Shown here piece by piece: positions 9,204 through 21,817 of a stretch of DNA of 62,789 bases. The notes beneath the pieces were generated by a model that saw only the letters and a program-made list of their open reading frames with translations, had not been told where the DNA came from and made no database searches. Position 1 is the stretch's first letter; the number at the start of each line of letters is the position of its first letter. The DNA is from Rhizobiaceae bacterium. GTDB taxonomy: Bacteria > Pseudomonadota > Alphaproteobacteria > Rhizobiales > Rhizobiaceae. The stretch spans positions 1-62,789 of the forward strand of contig JBFXFO010000002.1 of assembly GCA_050178915.1 (NCBI GenBank), written 5' to 3'. Made by a program: the position numbers and the translations under genes.

Positions 9204-10741
9204 CCGAATTGACGCTCCACCCCGGCAACGCCGCGCTCGCCGACTGGCGCGCGATCTGGCAGGGCGCGACGCCGCGGCTCGCTCCGGGCTGCTGGGCCGG
9301 TGTGCAGGCGAGCGCCGACGCCGTGCAGCGCATTCTCGCCAAAGGGGAACCGGTCTACGGCATCAACACCGGTTTCGGAAAACTCGCCTCCGTCCGTATC
9401 CCGCAGGCGGACCTTGCGACCCTGCAGAAGAACATCGTTCTCAGCCATTCCGCCGGCACCGGCGAGCCCATGCCTGTCGCCGTCGCGCGGTTGATAATGG
9501 CCCTGAAACTGGCGAGCCTCGCGCAGGGCGCGTCGGGGGTTCAGCCGGCCACGCTGGAACTGCTCGAAGCGATGCTGGCGAAGGGAGTTATCCCCGTTAT
9601 CCCCAGCCAGGGGTCGGTCGGCGCTTCCGGCGATCTTGCCCCGCTGTCGCACATGACCGCCGCGATGATTGGCGTCGGCGACTGTTTCGTTGCAAACGCC
9701 CGGATTCCAGCCGCTGACGCGTTGCGGCAGGCTGGTCTCATGCCCGTGACGCTGGGTGCCAAGGAAGGTCTGGCGCTGCTCAACGGCACCCAGTTTTCCA
9801 CAGCCTATGCACTGGCCGGCCTGTTCGAGGCGGAGCGGCTTTATCAGTCGGCGCTGGTCACCGGCGCGCTCTCCACCGACGCGGCAAAAGGCTCCGACGC
9901 GCCCTTCGATCCGCGCATCCATCTCCTGCGCAGGCACAGTGGGCAGATCGAGACGGCCGAGGCGCTGCGCCAGCTGATGGCGGGCAGCGCCATTCGCGAG
10001 TCGCATCGCGTCGGCGACGAGCGCGTGCAGGACCCGTACTGCCTGCGCTGCCAGCCGCAGGTGATGGGCGCCGCGCTCGACGTCCTGCGCAAGGCCGCCG
10101 ACACGCTGGAGACCGAGGCCAACGGCGTCACCGACAATCCGCTCATCTTTGCCGAGGACGACACCGCTCTCTCCGGCGGCAATTTTCATGCCGAGCCGGT
10201 TGCCTTCGCTGCCGACATGATCGCGCTTGCCGTCTGCGAGATCGGTTCCCTGGCCGAGCGCCGCATCGCCATGCTGGTCGATCCGGCACTGTCGGGCATG
10301 CCTGCTTTCCTGACGCCGAAGCCGGGCCTCAACTCCGGCTTCATGATCCCGCAGGTGACAGCGGCGGCGCTGGTCTCGGAGAACAAGCAGCGGGCCTATC
10401 CGGCAAGCGTCGATTCCATCCCGACCTCGGCAAATCAGGAAGACCACGTGTCGATGGCGGCGCATGGCGCGCGCCGGCTGATCGCCATGGTGGAAAACGC
10501 CACTGCGGTCATCGGCATCGAACTGCTGGCGGCGGCGCAAGGCTGCGATTTCCACGCGCCGCTGGCATCGAGCGGCGCCTTGGAAACCGTGCGCCGTCTG
10601 TTGCGCGCGCAGGTGCCGCATCTGGACGACGATCGACACTTCCACCCCGACATGGAGAAGGCGAACGCGCTGGTGCGCTCCGGCGCGATCGTCGATGCCG
10701 TGAAGGCTGCCGGACTGCCCGGCGTGGCCACCGCACCATGA
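9200..10741 (+). CDS. hutH: Histidine ammonia-lyase HutH
   Basis: ...[17 protein letters not shown]...[15 protein letters not shown] (the ASG triad that forms the MIO cofactor)...NFHAEP. ATG 9200 overlaps the hutI stop. Confidence 0.92.
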   Translation: MTELTLHPGNAALADWRAIWQGATPRLAPGCWAGVQASADAVQRILAKGEPVYGINTGFGKLASVRIPQADLATLQKNIVLSHSAGTGEPMPVAVARLIMALKLASLAQGASGVQPATLELLEAMLAKGVIPVIPSQGSVGASGDLAPLSHMTAAMIGVGDCFVANARIPAADALRQAGLMPVTLGAKEGLALLNGTQFSTAYALAGLFEAERLYQSALVTGALSTDAAKGSDAPFDPRIHLLRRHSGQIETAEALRQLMAGSAIRESHRVGDERVQDPYCLRCQPQVMGAALDVLRKAADTLETEANGVTDNPLIFAEDDTALSGGNFHAEPVAFAADMIALAVCEIGSLAERRIAMLVDPALSGMPAFLTPKPGLNSGFMIPQVTAAALVSENKQRAYPASVDSIPTSANQEDHVSMAAHGARRLIAMVENATAVIGIELLAAAQGCDFHAPLASSGALETVRRLLRAQVPHLDDDRHFHPDMEKANALVRSGAIVDAVKAAGLPGVATAP

Positions 10742-10885
10742 CCTTTCCAACCGTCACCCCCGGCAGCGCGCCTCTGTTCGTTGGTTGCCGCACTCCATGG
10801 CGGGACTGAGCGAGGGCGCGACGCTGACAACGATACTCGAGGCCGCTTTGCGCTGGGCGCAGGGCTGAACGAAGCGGAGGCTTCC

Positions 10886-12574
10886 ATGACCACGCACACC
10901 CGCATCGACAACACCCGCACCATCCGCGCCCCGCGCGGCGCCGAGCTGTCGGCCAAGAGCTGGCTGACGGAAGCGCCGCTGCGCATGCTGATGAACAACC
11001 TCGATCCCGACGTTGCCGAGAATCCGCAGGAGCTGGTGGTCTATGGCGGTATCGGGCGCGCCGCCCGCACCTGGAACGATTTCGACCGCATCGTCGCGGC
11101 GCTGCGCGAGCTCGACGAGGATCAGACGCTGCTGGTTCAGTCGGGCAAGCCGGTCGGTGTGTTTCGCACGCACAGGGACGCGCCGCGCGTGCTGATCGCC
11201 AACTCCAACCTCGTGCCGCACTGGGCGACGTGGGAGCATTTCAACGAGCTCGATCGCAAGGGTCTCGCCATGTACGGCCAGATGACGGCCGGTTCGTGGA
11301 TCTATATCGGCACGCAGGGCATCGTGCAGGGCACCTACGAGACCTTCGCCGAAGCCGGCCGCCAGCACTATGGCGGCAGTCTCAAGGGCAAGTGGATCCT
11401 GACCGGCGGGCTCGGCGGCATGGGCGGCGCGCAGCCGCTGGCTGCGGTGTTCGCCGGGGCCTGCTGCCTCGCGGTCGAGTGCGACGAGACCCGCATCGAT
11501 TTCCGCATCCGCACCCGCTACCTCGACGAGAAGGCGCTGACGCTCGACGAGGCGCTGGAGAAGATCGAGCGCTGGACCCAGGCCGGCGAGGCGAAGTCGG
11601 TCGGCCTGCTCGGCAACGCCGCCGACATCTTTCCCGAACTGGTGCGGCGCATGAAGGCCGGCGGCGTGCGTCCCGACATCGTCACCGACCAGACATCGGC
11701 GCACGATCCGATCAACGGCTACCTGCCGCAGGGCTGGACCGTCGCCGAATGGCGCGAGAAGCGCGAGCGCGACCCGAAGGCGGTGGAGAAGGCTGCGCGC
11801 GCGTCGATGAAGGTCCACGTCGCGGCGATGGTCGATTTCTGGAACGCCGGCGTGCCGACGCTCGACTATGGCAACAACATCCGCCAGGTCGCCAAGGAGG
11901 AGGGGTTGGAGAACGCCTTCGCCTTCCCCGGTTTCGTGCCGGCTTACATCCGTCCGCTCTTCTGCAAGGGCATCGGCCCGTTCCGCTGGGCGGCGCTCTC
12001 AGGCGACCCGGAAGACATCCGCAAGACCGACGCGAAGATGAAGGAGCTGTTCCCCGAGAACGGGCATCTGCACCGCTGGCTCGACATGGCGGCCGAGCGC
12101 ATCGCCTTCCAGGGCCTGCCGGCGCGCATTTGCTGGATCGGTCTGGGCGACCGCCACAAGGCCGGCCTCGCTTTCAACGAGATGGTGGCGAAGGGCGAAC
12201 TGAAGGCGCCGGTGGTCATCGGCCGCGACCACCTCGACTCCGGCTCGGTCGCCTCGCCCAACCGGGAGACGGAAGCGATGCAGGACGGCTCCGACGCCGT
12301 GTCCGACTGGCCGCTGCTCAACGCGCTGCTCAACACCGCTTCCGGCGCGACCTGGGTGTCGCTGCACCATGGTGGTGGCGTCGGCATGGGCTTCTCCCAG
12401 CATTCCGGTGTGGTGATCTGCGCCGACGGCACGCCGCAGGCCGCGGCGCGGCTCGGCCGCGTGCTGTGGAACGACCCGGCGACGGGCGTCATGCGCCACG
12501 CCGATGCCGGCTATGACATCGCGATCGATTGCGCCAGGGAACACCAGCTCAACCTGCCAGGGATTCTCGGGTGA
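10886..12574 (+). CDS. hutU: Urocanate hydratase HutU
   Basis: [63 protein letters not shown]...[13 protein letters not shown]... Start at the internal ATG 10886 of ORF 10781..12574. Confidence 0.92.
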   Translation: MTTHTRIDNTRTIRAPRGAELSAKSWLTEAPLRMLMNNLDPDVAENPQELVVYGGIGRAARTWNDFDRIVAALRELDEDQTLLVQSGKPVGVFRTHRDAPRVLIANSNLVPHWATWEHFNELDRKGLAMYGQMTAGSWIYIGTQGIVQGTYETFAEAGRQHYGGSLKGKWILTGGLGGMGGAQPLAAVFAGACCLAVECDETRIDFRIRTRYLDEKALTLDEALEKIERWTQAGEAKSVGLLGNAADIFPELVRRMKAGGVRPDIVTDQTSAHDPINGYLPQGWTVAEWREKRERDPKAVEKAARASMKVHVAAMVDFWNAGVPTLDYGNNIRQVAKEEGLENAFAFPGFVPAYIRPLFCKGIGPFRWAALSGDPEDIRKTDAKMKELFPENGHLHRWLDMAAERIAFQGLPARICWIGLGDRHKAGLAFNEMVAKGELKAPVVIGRDHLDSGSVASPNRETEAMQDGSDAVSDWPLLNALLNTASGATWVSLHHGGGVGMGFSQHSGVVICADGTPQAAARLGRVLWNDPATGVMRHADAGYDIAIDCAREHQLNLPGILG

Positions 12575-13140
12575 TAAGGATCGTCCGCGCCCCCGATTGC
12601 CGGGTCATGCCGTGGAAGAATGGCGGCGGTTCGACCACCGAGATCGCAGTGCATCCGCAAGACGCAGGCATGGACGACTTCCTCTGGCGCGTCAGCATGG
12701 CGCGGGTGGAAGGCGACGGGCCGTTTTCCCGTTTTGACGGCATCGACCGCACGCTGACGATCCTCGAAGGCGCCGGCATCCGGCTGACCGTGGACAGCGT
12801 CACAACCGAGCTGACGCAGACCTCGTCGCCTCATGCCTTCAGGGGCGATGTACCAGCTTCGGCAACGCTGATCGACGGACCGGTTACCGACCTCAACGTG
12901 ATGACGCGGCGCGGGGCGCTGGCGCATCGCGTCGTGCGCACGGTCTGGCCGGTCGACGTTAAGCCCGGCCTGACCAGCCTCGTGGTCTCGCCGCATGGCG
13001 GCTGCGTCGTGACAACGGCAAGCGGGCGCGCCGATCTCGAAGCCGGCGATACGGCAATCGTGGAGAACGAAGCGATGAAAGTCGCGCCGGCCAGTGTCGG
13101 CACGCCGGTCTATGTCGTGGAGATTGCTCCGGTCGGGTGA
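12571..13140 (+). CDS. hutD: HutD family protein
   Basis: ...[17 protein letters not shown]...[36 protein letters not shown]. The likely GTG start at 12571 overlaps the hutU stop (GTGA). Confidence 0.8.
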   Translation: MIRIVRAPDCRVMPWKNGGGSTTEIAVHPQDAGMDDFLWRVSMARVEGDGPFSRFDGIDRTLTILEGAGIRLTVDSVTTELTQTSSPHAFRGDVPASATLIDGPVTDLNVMTRRGALAHRVVRTVWPVDVKPGLTSLVVSPHGGCVVTTASGRADLEAGDTAIVENEAMKVAPASVGTPVYVVEIAPVG

Positions 13141-13169
13141 GCTTCGCACGGCGCTCCAGGTCGAACCCC

Positions 13170-14558
13170 TCAAATATGCAGCGCGTGGCCGAGCGCGCGG
13201 AGCGCCGCTTCCTGAAAGGCCTCGCCCTGCGTTGGATGGCTGTGGATCGTTCCGGCGATGTCTTCCAGCCGCGCGCCCATCTCGAGGGCGAGACCGAACG
13301 CAGCAGATAGCTCGGACACGCCGTGGCCGACCGCCTGGATGCCGAGCACGAGATGATTGTCCGCCCGGGCAACCACGCGGACAAAGCCGTCCTCGCCCAG
13401 CATTGTCATGGCCCGGCCATTGGCGGCGAACGGGAACTGCGCCGTGACGATCTCGGTCTTTGTCGCCTTCGCCTCGTCCGGCGAGAGGCCGACCGAGACG
13501 ATCTCGGGATCGGTGAAGCAGACGGCGGGAATGGCCCGCTTGTCCCAGGCGCGCTTCTTGCCCGCGACGATCTCGGCGACCAGTTCGCCTTGTGCCATGG
13601 CGCGATGCGCCAGCATCGGCTCGCCTGTCACGTCGCCGATGGCGAACACGCCACGCATCGAGGTGCGGCACTGCTCGTCGATGCGGATGGCGTGCCCCTT
13701 GCGGTCGAGATCGAGCTCCTGCAGCCCCCAGCCTTCGATGTTCGGGCGGCGCCCGACCGTGACGAGGATCTTGTCCGCATCGATGCGGCGCGTCTCGCCT
13801 GAGACGTCAACCAGCAGGTCGCTGCCGTCGACGCCTTGGGCCTTTGCGCCGAGCAGAACCTCGACGCCGAGTTCCGACAGGCGCTTCGCGACGGGTTTCG
13901 TCAGCTCGGAATCGTAGAGCGGCAGGATGCGGCTCTCGGCCTCGATCACCGTGACCTTCGCGCCAAGCTTGGCGAAAGCGATGCCGAGTTCGAGGCCGAT
14001 ATAGCCTGCGCCAACGACGGCCAGCTTCTCCGGCACGCTGCCGAGAGACAGCGCCTCGGTCGAAGAAATCACGTCGCCGCCGAATGGCAGTGACGGCAGT
14101 TCCACCGGCACCGAACCCGTGGCGATCACAACGTTCTCGGCCTTGATGATCTGGCGGCCCGTGTCCGTCTCGACCTCGACGGTCTTGCCATCGCGGAAGC
14201 GGGCGCGTCCCTGCACGATCCTGACGTTCTGCTTCTTCAGGAGCCCGCTCACGCCGCCGGTGAGGCGGCCGACGATCCTGTCTTTCCACGCGACAGCCTG
14301 CGCCATGTCGAAGGCCGGCGTGCCGATGGAAATGCCAAGCGGACTCTTGCCCGCTGCCATCAGCGCCACCTTCTCGAATTCGTCAGCCGCGTGGATGAGC
14401 GCCTTCGACGGGATGCAGCCGATGGTGAGGCATGTGCCGCCCGGCTTTCTTGCCTCGACGATGACCGTATCGACGCCCAGCTGGCCGGCGCGGATGGCGC
14501 AGACATAGCCGCCCGGACCGGCTCCGATGATGAGCAGCTTGGCCGTGATCTCCGACAT
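13170..14558 (-). CDS. lpdV: Dihydrolipoyl dehydrogenase (E3 of the branched-chain 2-oxoacid dehydrogenase complex)
   Basis: [35 protein letters not shown]...[13 protein letters not shown] (redox disulfide)...HSHPTQGE. Last gene of the bkd string. Confidence 0.92.
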   Translation of the reverse strand: MSEITAKLLIIGAGPGGYVCAIRAGQLGVDTVIVEARKPGGTCLTIGCIPSKALIHAADEFEKVALMAAGKSPLGISIGTPAFDMAQAVAWKDRIVGRLTGGVSGLLKKQNVRIVQGRARFRDGKTVEVETDTGRQIIKAENVVIATGSVPVELPSLPFGGDVISSTEALSLGSVPEKLAVVGAGYIGLELGIAFAKLGAKVTVIEAESRILPLYDSELTKPVAKRLSELGVEVLLGAKAQGVDGSDLLVDVSGETRRIDADKILVTVGRRPNIEGWGLQELDLDRKGHAIRIDEQCRTSMRGVFAIGDVTGEPMLAHRAMAQGELVAEIVAGKKRAWDKRAIPAVCFTDPEIVSVGLSPDEAKATKTEIVTAQFPFAANGRAMTMLGEDGFVRVVARADNHLVLGIQAVGHGVSELSAAFGLALEMGARLEDIAGTIHSHPTQGEAFQEAALRALGHALHI

Positions 14559-14562
14559 GCCC

Positions 14563-15903
14563 TCACCCCTCCACGAAGATCGTTGCGGGCGTCTCGAGCA
14601 ACGCCTTGATGCGCTGCACGAAGGTCGCCGCGTCCCAGCCGTCGATGACGCGATGGTCGAAACCCGAGGAGAGATTCATCATCTTGCGCGGCACGAAATC
14701 GGTGCCGTCCCAGTGCGGCCGCACCGCCATCTTGTTGACGCCCACGATGGCGACCTCGGGATGGTTGATCACCGGCGTGGTGACGATGCCGCCGAGCGCG
14801 CCGAGCGAGGTGATCGTGATGGTCGAGCCAGTCAACTCGTCGCGCGTTGCTGTGCCGTCGCGCGCGGCTTCGGCAACGCGGTTCATCTCCGCGGCGCAGG
14901 CCCAGATGTCGAGCGCTTCGGCATGACGCACCACCGGCACCATCAGGCCAGCCGGCGTCTGCGTGGCGATGCCGATATGCACGCCCCCATGCTGGTGAAT
15001 GATCCCGGCATCGTCATCGAAGGTGGAGTTCAGCCGCGGCTGCTCGGCGATCGCCTTCACCATGGCGCGCATCAGGAAGGGCAGCAGCGTCAGCTTCGGC
15101 CGCTCCGGCCTCTTGTCGCGGTTGAGCGTGGCGCGCAGCTCTTCGAGTGCGGTCACGTCGACCTCCTCGACATAGGTGATGTGCGGGATGCGCGCTTTGG
15201 CCAACTGCATCTTCTCGGCGATGCGGCGGCGCAGGCCGACGATCTTGATGTCCTCGACCCTGTCGTTGCGCGCCAGCGCAGACTTGCCGGGCCTTACGCC
15301 GCCGCCATTCAGGAAGGCGTCGAGATCGTCGTGCGTGATGCGGCCTGCAGGTCCTGTCCCCGCCACCTGTCGAAGGTCGATGCCGGCGTCGCGCGCGCGC
15401 AGCCGCACGGCGGGCGAGGCGAGGGGCCGCTCACCTTCCGCGCGTGGCGCGCCGTTGCCGTTGCGCGTGTGCCCGTTCGAGGGCGGCCTGCCTCCGTCTT
15501 TGGCCTCTTGCCGCAAGGGAGAGGGGGAAGCGGCATGGGGTCCGTCTTTGCCAGAAGCCTCTGCTGCCTTTGGTGCTGCGATTGGCTGTTCCGCTCCCGC
15601 TTGCGGGGTGGTGGGAACCTCGGCGGTCTTCGAGGCGTCGCCCGCCTTCACGTTCCCTTCGCCGGCAACCTTGAGGCGCACGATCGGCGAGCCGATTGCA
15701 ACCGTTTCGCCCACCTCGGCGCCAAGCCACAGGATCTCGCCATCGACGGGCGAGGGGATCTCCACCGTCGCCTTGTCGGTCATCACGGCTGCGAGCAGCG
15801 AATCCTCGCGCACGAGGTCGCCGACCTTCACGTGCCATTCGACCAGCTCGGCTTCGGCAACGCCTTCGCCGACATCGGGCAGCTTGATGACGTGCTCACC
15901 CAT
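14563..15903 (-). CDS. bkdB: Dihydrolipoamide branched-chain acyltransferase (E2)
   Basis: Lipoyl domain (...[15 protein letters not shown]...), Ala/Pro linker, E3-binding region, and catalytic domain ...[12 protein letters not shown]. Confidence 0.92.
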   Translation of the reverse strand: MGEHVIKLPDVGEGVAEAELVEWHVKVGDLVREDSLLAAVMTDKATVEIPSPVDGEILWLGAEVGETVAIGSPIVRLKVAGEGNVKAGDASKTAEVPTTPQAGAEQPIAAPKAAEASGKDGPHAASPSPLRQEAKDGGRPPSNGHTRNGNGAPRAEGERPLASPAVRLRARDAGIDLRQVAGTGPAGRITHDDLDAFLNGGGVRPGKSALARNDRVEDIKIVGLRRRIAEKMQLAKARIPHITYVEEVDVTALEELRATLNRDKRPERPKLTLLPFLMRAMVKAIAEQPRLNSTFDDDAGIIHQHGGVHIGIATQTPAGLMVPVVRHAEALDIWACAAEMNRVAEAARDGTATRDELTGSTITITSLGALGGIVTTPVINHPEVAIVGVNKMAVRPHWDGTDFVPRKMMNLSSGFDHRVIDGWDAATFVQRIKALLETPATIFVEG

Positions 15904-15906
15904 GCG

Positions 15907-16920
15907 TCACGCCTCCATCGTCTCGGTCAGCGCACGGCCCACGCGCGCCGGGCCCGGGAAATAGTCCCACTCCTGCGCGTGCGGGTAGGGCGTATCCCAG
16001 CCGGCAACGCGCGCTATGGGCGCCTCCAGATGGAAGAAGCAGTGCTCCTGCACCAGCGTGGCAAGCTCGGCGCCGTATCCGGAGGTCTGCGTCGCCTCGT
16101 GCACGACGACGCAGCGGCGCGTCTTCTGCACGGAAGCCACGATCGTCTCGAGGTCGTATGGAACCAGCGTGCGCAGGTCGATGATCTCCGCGTCGATGCC
16201 GGTTTCCTCAGCCGCCGCCTGCGCGACGTAGACCATGGTGCCGTAGGCGAGCACGGTCACTGCGCTGCCCGGCCGGCGCACCACCGCCTTGCCGAGCGGA
16301 ACCGAATAGTGGCCGTCCGGCACCTCGCCGAGTTCGTGCTTCGACCATGCCGTCACCGGGCGCTCGTGATGCCCGTCGAAGGGCCCATTGTAGAGCCGCT
16401 TCGGCTCCAGGAAGATCACCGGATCCGGGTCCTCGATCGATGCGATCAGCAGCCCCTTCGCGTCATACGGATTTGATGGCACCACGACCTTCAGCCCGGA
16501 CACGTGCGTGAACAGCGCCTCCGGGCTCTGGCTGTGCGTCTGCCCGCCGAAGATGCCGCCGCCGGTCGGCATGCGGATCACCATCGGACAGGTGAACTGC
16601 CCGCCCGAGCGATAGCGGATGCGCGCAGCTTCCGAGGCGATCTGGTCGAAGGCGGGATAGACATAGTCGGCGAACTGCACCTCGACGCATGGCTTCAGCC
16701 CGTAGGCGGCCATGCCAATCGCGGCGCCGACGATCCCGGACTCCGAGATCGGCGCGTCGAAGCAGCGGGTCCTGCCGTATTTCTGCTGCAGGCCGGCGGT
16801 GCAGCGGAACACGCCGCCGAAGAAGCCGACATCCTCACCGAACACGACGACCGTGTCGTCGCGGCCCATCGAAACGTCCATCGCGTCACGGATGGCCTCG
16901 ATCATCGAACGCCGTGGCAT
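15907..16920 (-). CDS. bkdA2: 2-oxoisovalerate dehydrogenase E1 beta subunit
   Basis: MPRRSMIEAIRDAMDVSMGRDDTVVVFGEDVGFFGGVFRCTAGLQQKYG..., a transketolase-like E1 beta. 3-nt gaps to the flanking bkd genes. Confidence 0.92.
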   Translation of the reverse strand: MPRRSMIEAIRDAMDVSMGRDDTVVVFGEDVGFFGGVFRCTAGLQQKYGRTRCFDAPISESGIVGAAIGMAAYGLKPCVEVQFADYVYPAFDQIASEAARIRYRSGGQFTCPMVIRMPTGGGIFGGQTHSQSPEALFTHVSGLKVVVPSNPYDAKGLLIASIEDPDPVIFLEPKRLYNGPFDGHHERPVTAWSKHELGEVPDGHYSVPLGKAVVRRPGSAVTVLAYGTMVYVAQAAAEETGIDAEIIDLRTLVPYDLETIVASVQKTRRCVVVHEATQTSGYGAELATLVQEHCFFHLEAPIARVAGWDTPYPHAQEWDYFPGPARVGRALTETMEA

Positions 16921-16923
16921 GCG

Positions 16924-18318
<1,395 letters not shown>

Positions 18319-18349
18319 TCATTCCGTTTCGCCGGCCGCGTCGATGGCC

Positions 18350-19330
18350 TCAGGCCGCTGCAGGAATCACGTTGGCCCGTGCTGCCATCGCCTTGGTCGC
18401 ATCGACGCATTCCTGCGCGGCATGCCAGTAGCGAAGGCTGAGCTCGATGTTGAACAGCACGCCTGCCGGGAAGGTGCAGGCGTCGAGCAGCGCATCCCAG
18501 GGGATGTTGCCCCACCCGACCGGCAGGTGCAGGTCGCCATGGCCGTAGGCAAGGCGCTCGCCTTCGGTGAACATCCAGATGTCGTCCTGCCGCCCGAAGG
18601 AATCATGGATGTGGAGGTGCCGCCCGTAAGGTGCCAGCTGGGCGATTTCGGCGACGTAGTCGCGCTTGCGGCCCTCGTAGTCGAGGTTGATCCACGAATG
18701 GCTGAAATCGATGGTCGCCATCACGTTCGGGTGGCCGATGGCCGCCAGTTCGGTCGCAAGCCGCGCGGGCGCGGTGGCGAGTGTCGAGCCGTCATGATCG
18801 CCGAACAGCGTTTCGACGCAGAGCACGATGCCACGCTGCCGTGCCAGGTCGCCCGCCCGGGCGAGCCACTCGCGCTGCTGGTCGAGCCGCGATTCGACGC
18901 CACTCGCCTGCTGCGAGCGTGCCAGACCGGAGTGGATGACGTAGTGCTCGGCCCCGAGTTCGGCGGTGATGTCGAGCGACGCCTGTAGCACCTCCAAGTG
19001 GCGCGGCAGGCGGTACGGCTCGTCCATGAAGTTGATGGCAAGCGGGCCGTGGACCGAGTAGCTGACGCTGCGGCCCGTCGCAGCGCGCTTCAGCGCATCC
19101 ATCTGCGGGCGGCGGACCTTGCCGCCGACGATGAGGTCGAGGTCGAAGATTGGGATCTCGATCGACTCGACGCCGAGCGCCTCGATCATGTCGAGCTCTG
19201 CGCCGAAGTCTGAAAGGTCGGGCGCCCGCCTGTGGGCGGAGATGCCCGTGCCCTTGCTTCCATTTGCGAGCATGCGTCCCACCCTTGCACCGGTCGTATC
19301 GCTGCGCAGCGCCGGGGTGTTATGTCGCAT
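18350..19330 (-). CDS. Xylose-isomerase-like TIM-barrel protein (sugar phosphate isomerase/epimerase family)
   Basis: ...VESIEIPIF...YSVHGPL...AELGAEHYVIHSG...LCVETLF...ATIDFSHSWIN...HLHIHDSFG... These motifs are typical of the AP-endonuclease-2/xylose-isomerase-like TIM fold. Start uncertain (19330 or the internal ATG at about 19273). Confidence 0.75.
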   Translation of the reverse strand: MRHNTPALRSDTTGARVGRMLANGSKGTGISAHRRAPDLSDFGAELDMIEALGVESIEIPIFDLDLIVGGKVRRPQMDALKRAATGRSVSYSVHGPLAINFMDEPYRLPRHLEVLQASLDITAELGAEHYVIHSGLARSQQASGVESRLDQQREWLARAGDLARQRGIVLCVETLFGDHDGSTLATAPARLATELAAIGHPNVMATIDFSHSWINLDYEGRKRDYVAEIAQLAPYGRHLHIHDSFGRQDDIWMFTEGERLAYGHGDLHLPVGWGNIPWDALLDACTFPAGVLFNIELSLRYWHAAQECVDATKAMAARANVIPAAA

Positions 19331-19408
19331 GCTGTAGCTTCCGAGTCAGCCTCGCGAGCCGTTGCAAAGCTTCCGTTTCCGCACATCATCCACAACCGCA
19401 GATTCCGC

Positions 19409-19451
19409 TTGACGCCGTTTTAGCCATACTACAATTTTAGGCTGACTAAAA
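19409..19451 (+). promoter_or_regulatory. Candidate promoter (TTGACG-15 nt-TACAAT) overlapped by TTTTAG half-site repeats upstream of the XRE-cupin regulator gene
   Basis: -35 TTGACG at 19409..19414 and -10 TACAAT at 19430..19435. Inverted repeat TTTTAG-gctga-CTAAAA at 19435..19451, abutting the ATG, plus a third TTTTAG at 19418..19423. Confidence 0.35.
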
Positions 19452-20149
19452 TGGAGTGCCATGTGGGCGAGGGTCCCAGCAAAGCAGTGTCGGGTGACGA
19501 GGAGTTGCCTCTCGGGCAGCGCCTGCGCGACAGGCGGCTTGCGCTCGACCTGACGCTCAAGGACGTCGCCGACGCCTCCAACCTGTCCGTTGGCTTCATC
19601 TCGCAGATCGAGCGCGGCATCACGACGCCGTCGCTCACGTCGCTGGTCAACGTGGCGCGCGCGCTTGGTGCGCAGGTCAACGATTTCCTCGTGCAGCCGA
19701 AGGTGACTGCGCCGACGACGCGGCACGCCGAGCGGCCCCACTACGCGCTTGGCGGCAACTCGCTCGTCTATGAGCGCCTGTCGAGCAGCTTCCCCGGCAA
19801 CATCCTGAGCAGCGTCATCATTCATGAGCCGCCAGGCTTCCGCAGCGAGCCGATGTCGCATGAGGGCGAGGAGATTTTCTTCATCCTCGAAGGCGCGATG
19901 ACCATCGAGATCGACGGCGAGCGCAGCATTCTCGAAGCCGGCGACAGCATCCATTTCCCGTCCACCGCAACGCACGTCACGTGGAACCACACCACGTCGA
20001 CGACGGCGATCCTGCATACCTGCACGATGGATATTTTCGGGGAAGCGTCGATCGCTGAATCGGCAACCACAGGCAAGGCCGTGCGTCGAGGCGACCGCGG
20101 TCTGAGCGCACCGCAGCAACGCATGACAACAAAGGGGAAGCAGTCATGA
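19451..20149 (+). CDS. XRE-family HTH transcriptional regulator with C-terminal cupin domain
   Basis: LGQRLRDRRLALDLTLKDVADASNLSVGFISQIERGITTPSLTSLVNVARALG (HTH_3), then a cupin region ...HEGEEIFFILEGAMTIEIDGERSILEAGDSIHFPS. The exact start is uncertain. The stop overlaps the next gene (ATGA). Confidence 0.88.
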   Translation: MECHVGEGPSKAVSGDEELPLGQRLRDRRLALDLTLKDVADASNLSVGFISQIERGITTPSLTSLVNVARALGAQVNDFLVQPKVTAPTTRHAERPHYALGGNSLVYERLSSSFPGNILSSVIIHEPPGFRSEPMSHEGEEIFFILEGAMTIEIDGERSILEAGDSIHFPSTATHVTWNHTTSTTAILHTCTMDIFGEASIAESATTGKAVRRGDRGLSAPQQRMTTKGKQS

Positions 20150-21753
20150 AATCGATACTGAAAACACTCGCGGCAGGTCTGATCGCCGCGACCGCTCTTA
20201 CCGCCGTTACCGCTGCGACCGCCGGCGTGGCGGCGGCGGAGACCGTTCTGCGCCTCGACGAGGTCGCGGTCGGCGAGCTCGATCCCGGCAAGGCGACGGA
20301 CTATGCCGACTCCATACTGATGTTCAACGTCTACGATACGCTGGTGATCCCGAAGCAGGGTGAGCCAGGCCAGCAGCCGCACCTGGCGGAGAGCTGGACG
20401 ATCGACGGCAACACCTACACCTTCAAGCTGCGCGGCGACGTCAAGTTCCACAGCGGCAACGCGCTCACGGCTGAGGACGTGGTGTTCTCCTTAGACCGCA
20501 TGAAGACGCTCGGGCAGGGCCTGTCCTATCTCTTCGGCGAGGTCGAAAAGGTCGAGGCCGTCGACGCCGGCACCGTCAAGTTCACGCTGAAGGAGCCCTA
20601 CGCGCCGTTCCTCTCGGCGCTCGTTCGCCTGCCCATCGTCGACAAGCAGCTGGTGATGGCCAACCTCGGCGAGGGCGACGGCGAGATGAAGGACTGGGGT
20701 CAGGCCTTCCTGTCGGCCAACGATGCGGGCTCGGGCGCCTACAAGGTGACCGCGCACAACCCGCAGCAGGAAACCGTGATGGCCAAGAACGCCGACTTCT
20801 TCCTCGGCGTGCCGGCCAAGGCCCCGGACACGGTGCGCCTGCGCTACGGCCTCGAGGCCGCGACGGTGCGCACGCTGATCGCGCAGGGAGAGCACGACAT
20901 CTCCTCGCAGTGGCTGCCGCCGGAGGTGCTGAAGTCTCTCGCCGCTGAAGGTGCCCAGCTGTTCACCGAGTCCGGCACGTCGGGCTTCTACGTGAAGATG
21001 AACACCGCCAAGGCGCCGCTCGATGATGTCGAGTGCCGTCTCGCGCTCGCCAACGCCTTCGACTACGACGCCGCCACCAAGATGGTGGCCGTCACCGACG
21101 AGGTGTCGCAGGGCAAGGCGTCGACCGGCGCCATCCTCGCCGGCATGTTCGGCGCCAACCCGGCCGACCAGATCCTGAAGCGCGACCTCGAAGCCGCCAA
21201 GGCGCATCTGGCGAAGTGCAAGTACAAGCCGGAAGAGTTCAAGCTCGAACTGTCCTGGATCGGCGAGGTGCCGATCGAAGAGCGCTTCGCGCTGCTGATG
21301 CAGGCGAACTTCTCCGAGATCGGCATCCAGTCGGAAGTGAAGAAGGTGCCGTGGGCGCTGTTCACCGAGCAGGTGACCAAGCCCGAGAACACGCCGAACA
21401 TCAGCCAGGTGTTCGTGTCCACCGTGACCGGCGATCCGGACACGCTGCTCTACGGCATGTATCACTCGACCGCGAAGGGTACCTGGCAGTCGCCGGAATA
21501 CCTGGAGGACGCCGAGGTGGACAAGCAGCTCGACGCCGGCCGCCAGACCACCGACGACGCCGGTCGCCAGGCCGCCTACTCGGCCCTGAACAAGCGCCTC
21601 ATGGAGCTGTCGCCGTCGATCTACGGCTATGACCAGGTGGCGGTGTTCGCGGCATCGAAGCGCGTCTCGGCTCCGGCCCTGCAGGATCCGACGAAGCAGT
21701 TCGGCACAACCTCCTTCGGCTTCACCTTCCGCCTGATGGAAATCAACGAATAG
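20146..21753 (+). CDS. ABC transporter substrate-binding protein, family 5 (peptide/opine/nickel type, DppA-like)
   Basis: 535 aa. The signal peptide MKSILKTLAAGLIAATALTAVTAATAGVAAA is followed by typical SBP_bac_5 motifs (...LAESWTIDGNTYTFKLRGDVKFHSGNALTAEDVVFSL...). Confidence 0.9.
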   Translation: MKSILKTLAAGLIAATALTAVTAATAGVAAAETVLRLDEVAVGELDPGKATDYADSILMFNVYDTLVIPKQGEPGQQPHLAESWTIDGNTYTFKLRGDVKFHSGNALTAEDVVFSLDRMKTLGQGLSYLFGEVEKVEAVDAGTVKFTLKEPYAPFLSALVRLPIVDKQLVMANLGEGDGEMKDWGQAFLSANDAGSGAYKVTAHNPQQETVMAKNADFFLGVPAKAPDTVRLRYGLEAATVRTLIAQGEHDISSQWLPPEVLKSLAAEGAQLFTESGTSGFYVKMNTAKAPLDDVECRLALANAFDYDAATKMVAVTDEVSQGKASTGAILAGMFGANPADQILKRDLEAAKAHLAKCKYKPEEFKLELSWIGEVPIEERFALLMQANFSEIGIQSEVKKVPWALFTEQVTKPENTPNISQVFVSTVTGDPDTLLYGMYHSTAKGTWQSPEYLEDAEVDKQLDAGRQTTDDAGRQAAYSALNKRLMELSPSIYGYDQVAVFAASKRVSAPALQDPTKQFGTTSFGFTFRLMEINE

Positions 21754-21769
21754 GCCTCGCGCCTGTCGC

Positions 21770-21794
21770 CGGGCCGGCATAGCGCCGGCCCGGA
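21770..21794 (+). other. Intra-operon GC hairpin after the SBP gene (10-bp stem CCGGGCCGGC/GCCGGCCCGG)
   Basis: Perfect inverted repeat 17 nt after the SBP stop and 24 nt before the permease start. This is the usual position for SBP-mRNA-stabilising or attenuating hairpins in ABC operons. Confidence 0.4.
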
Positions 21795-21817
21795 CCCCTC
21801 TTAGCTGAAAGGCTGCA

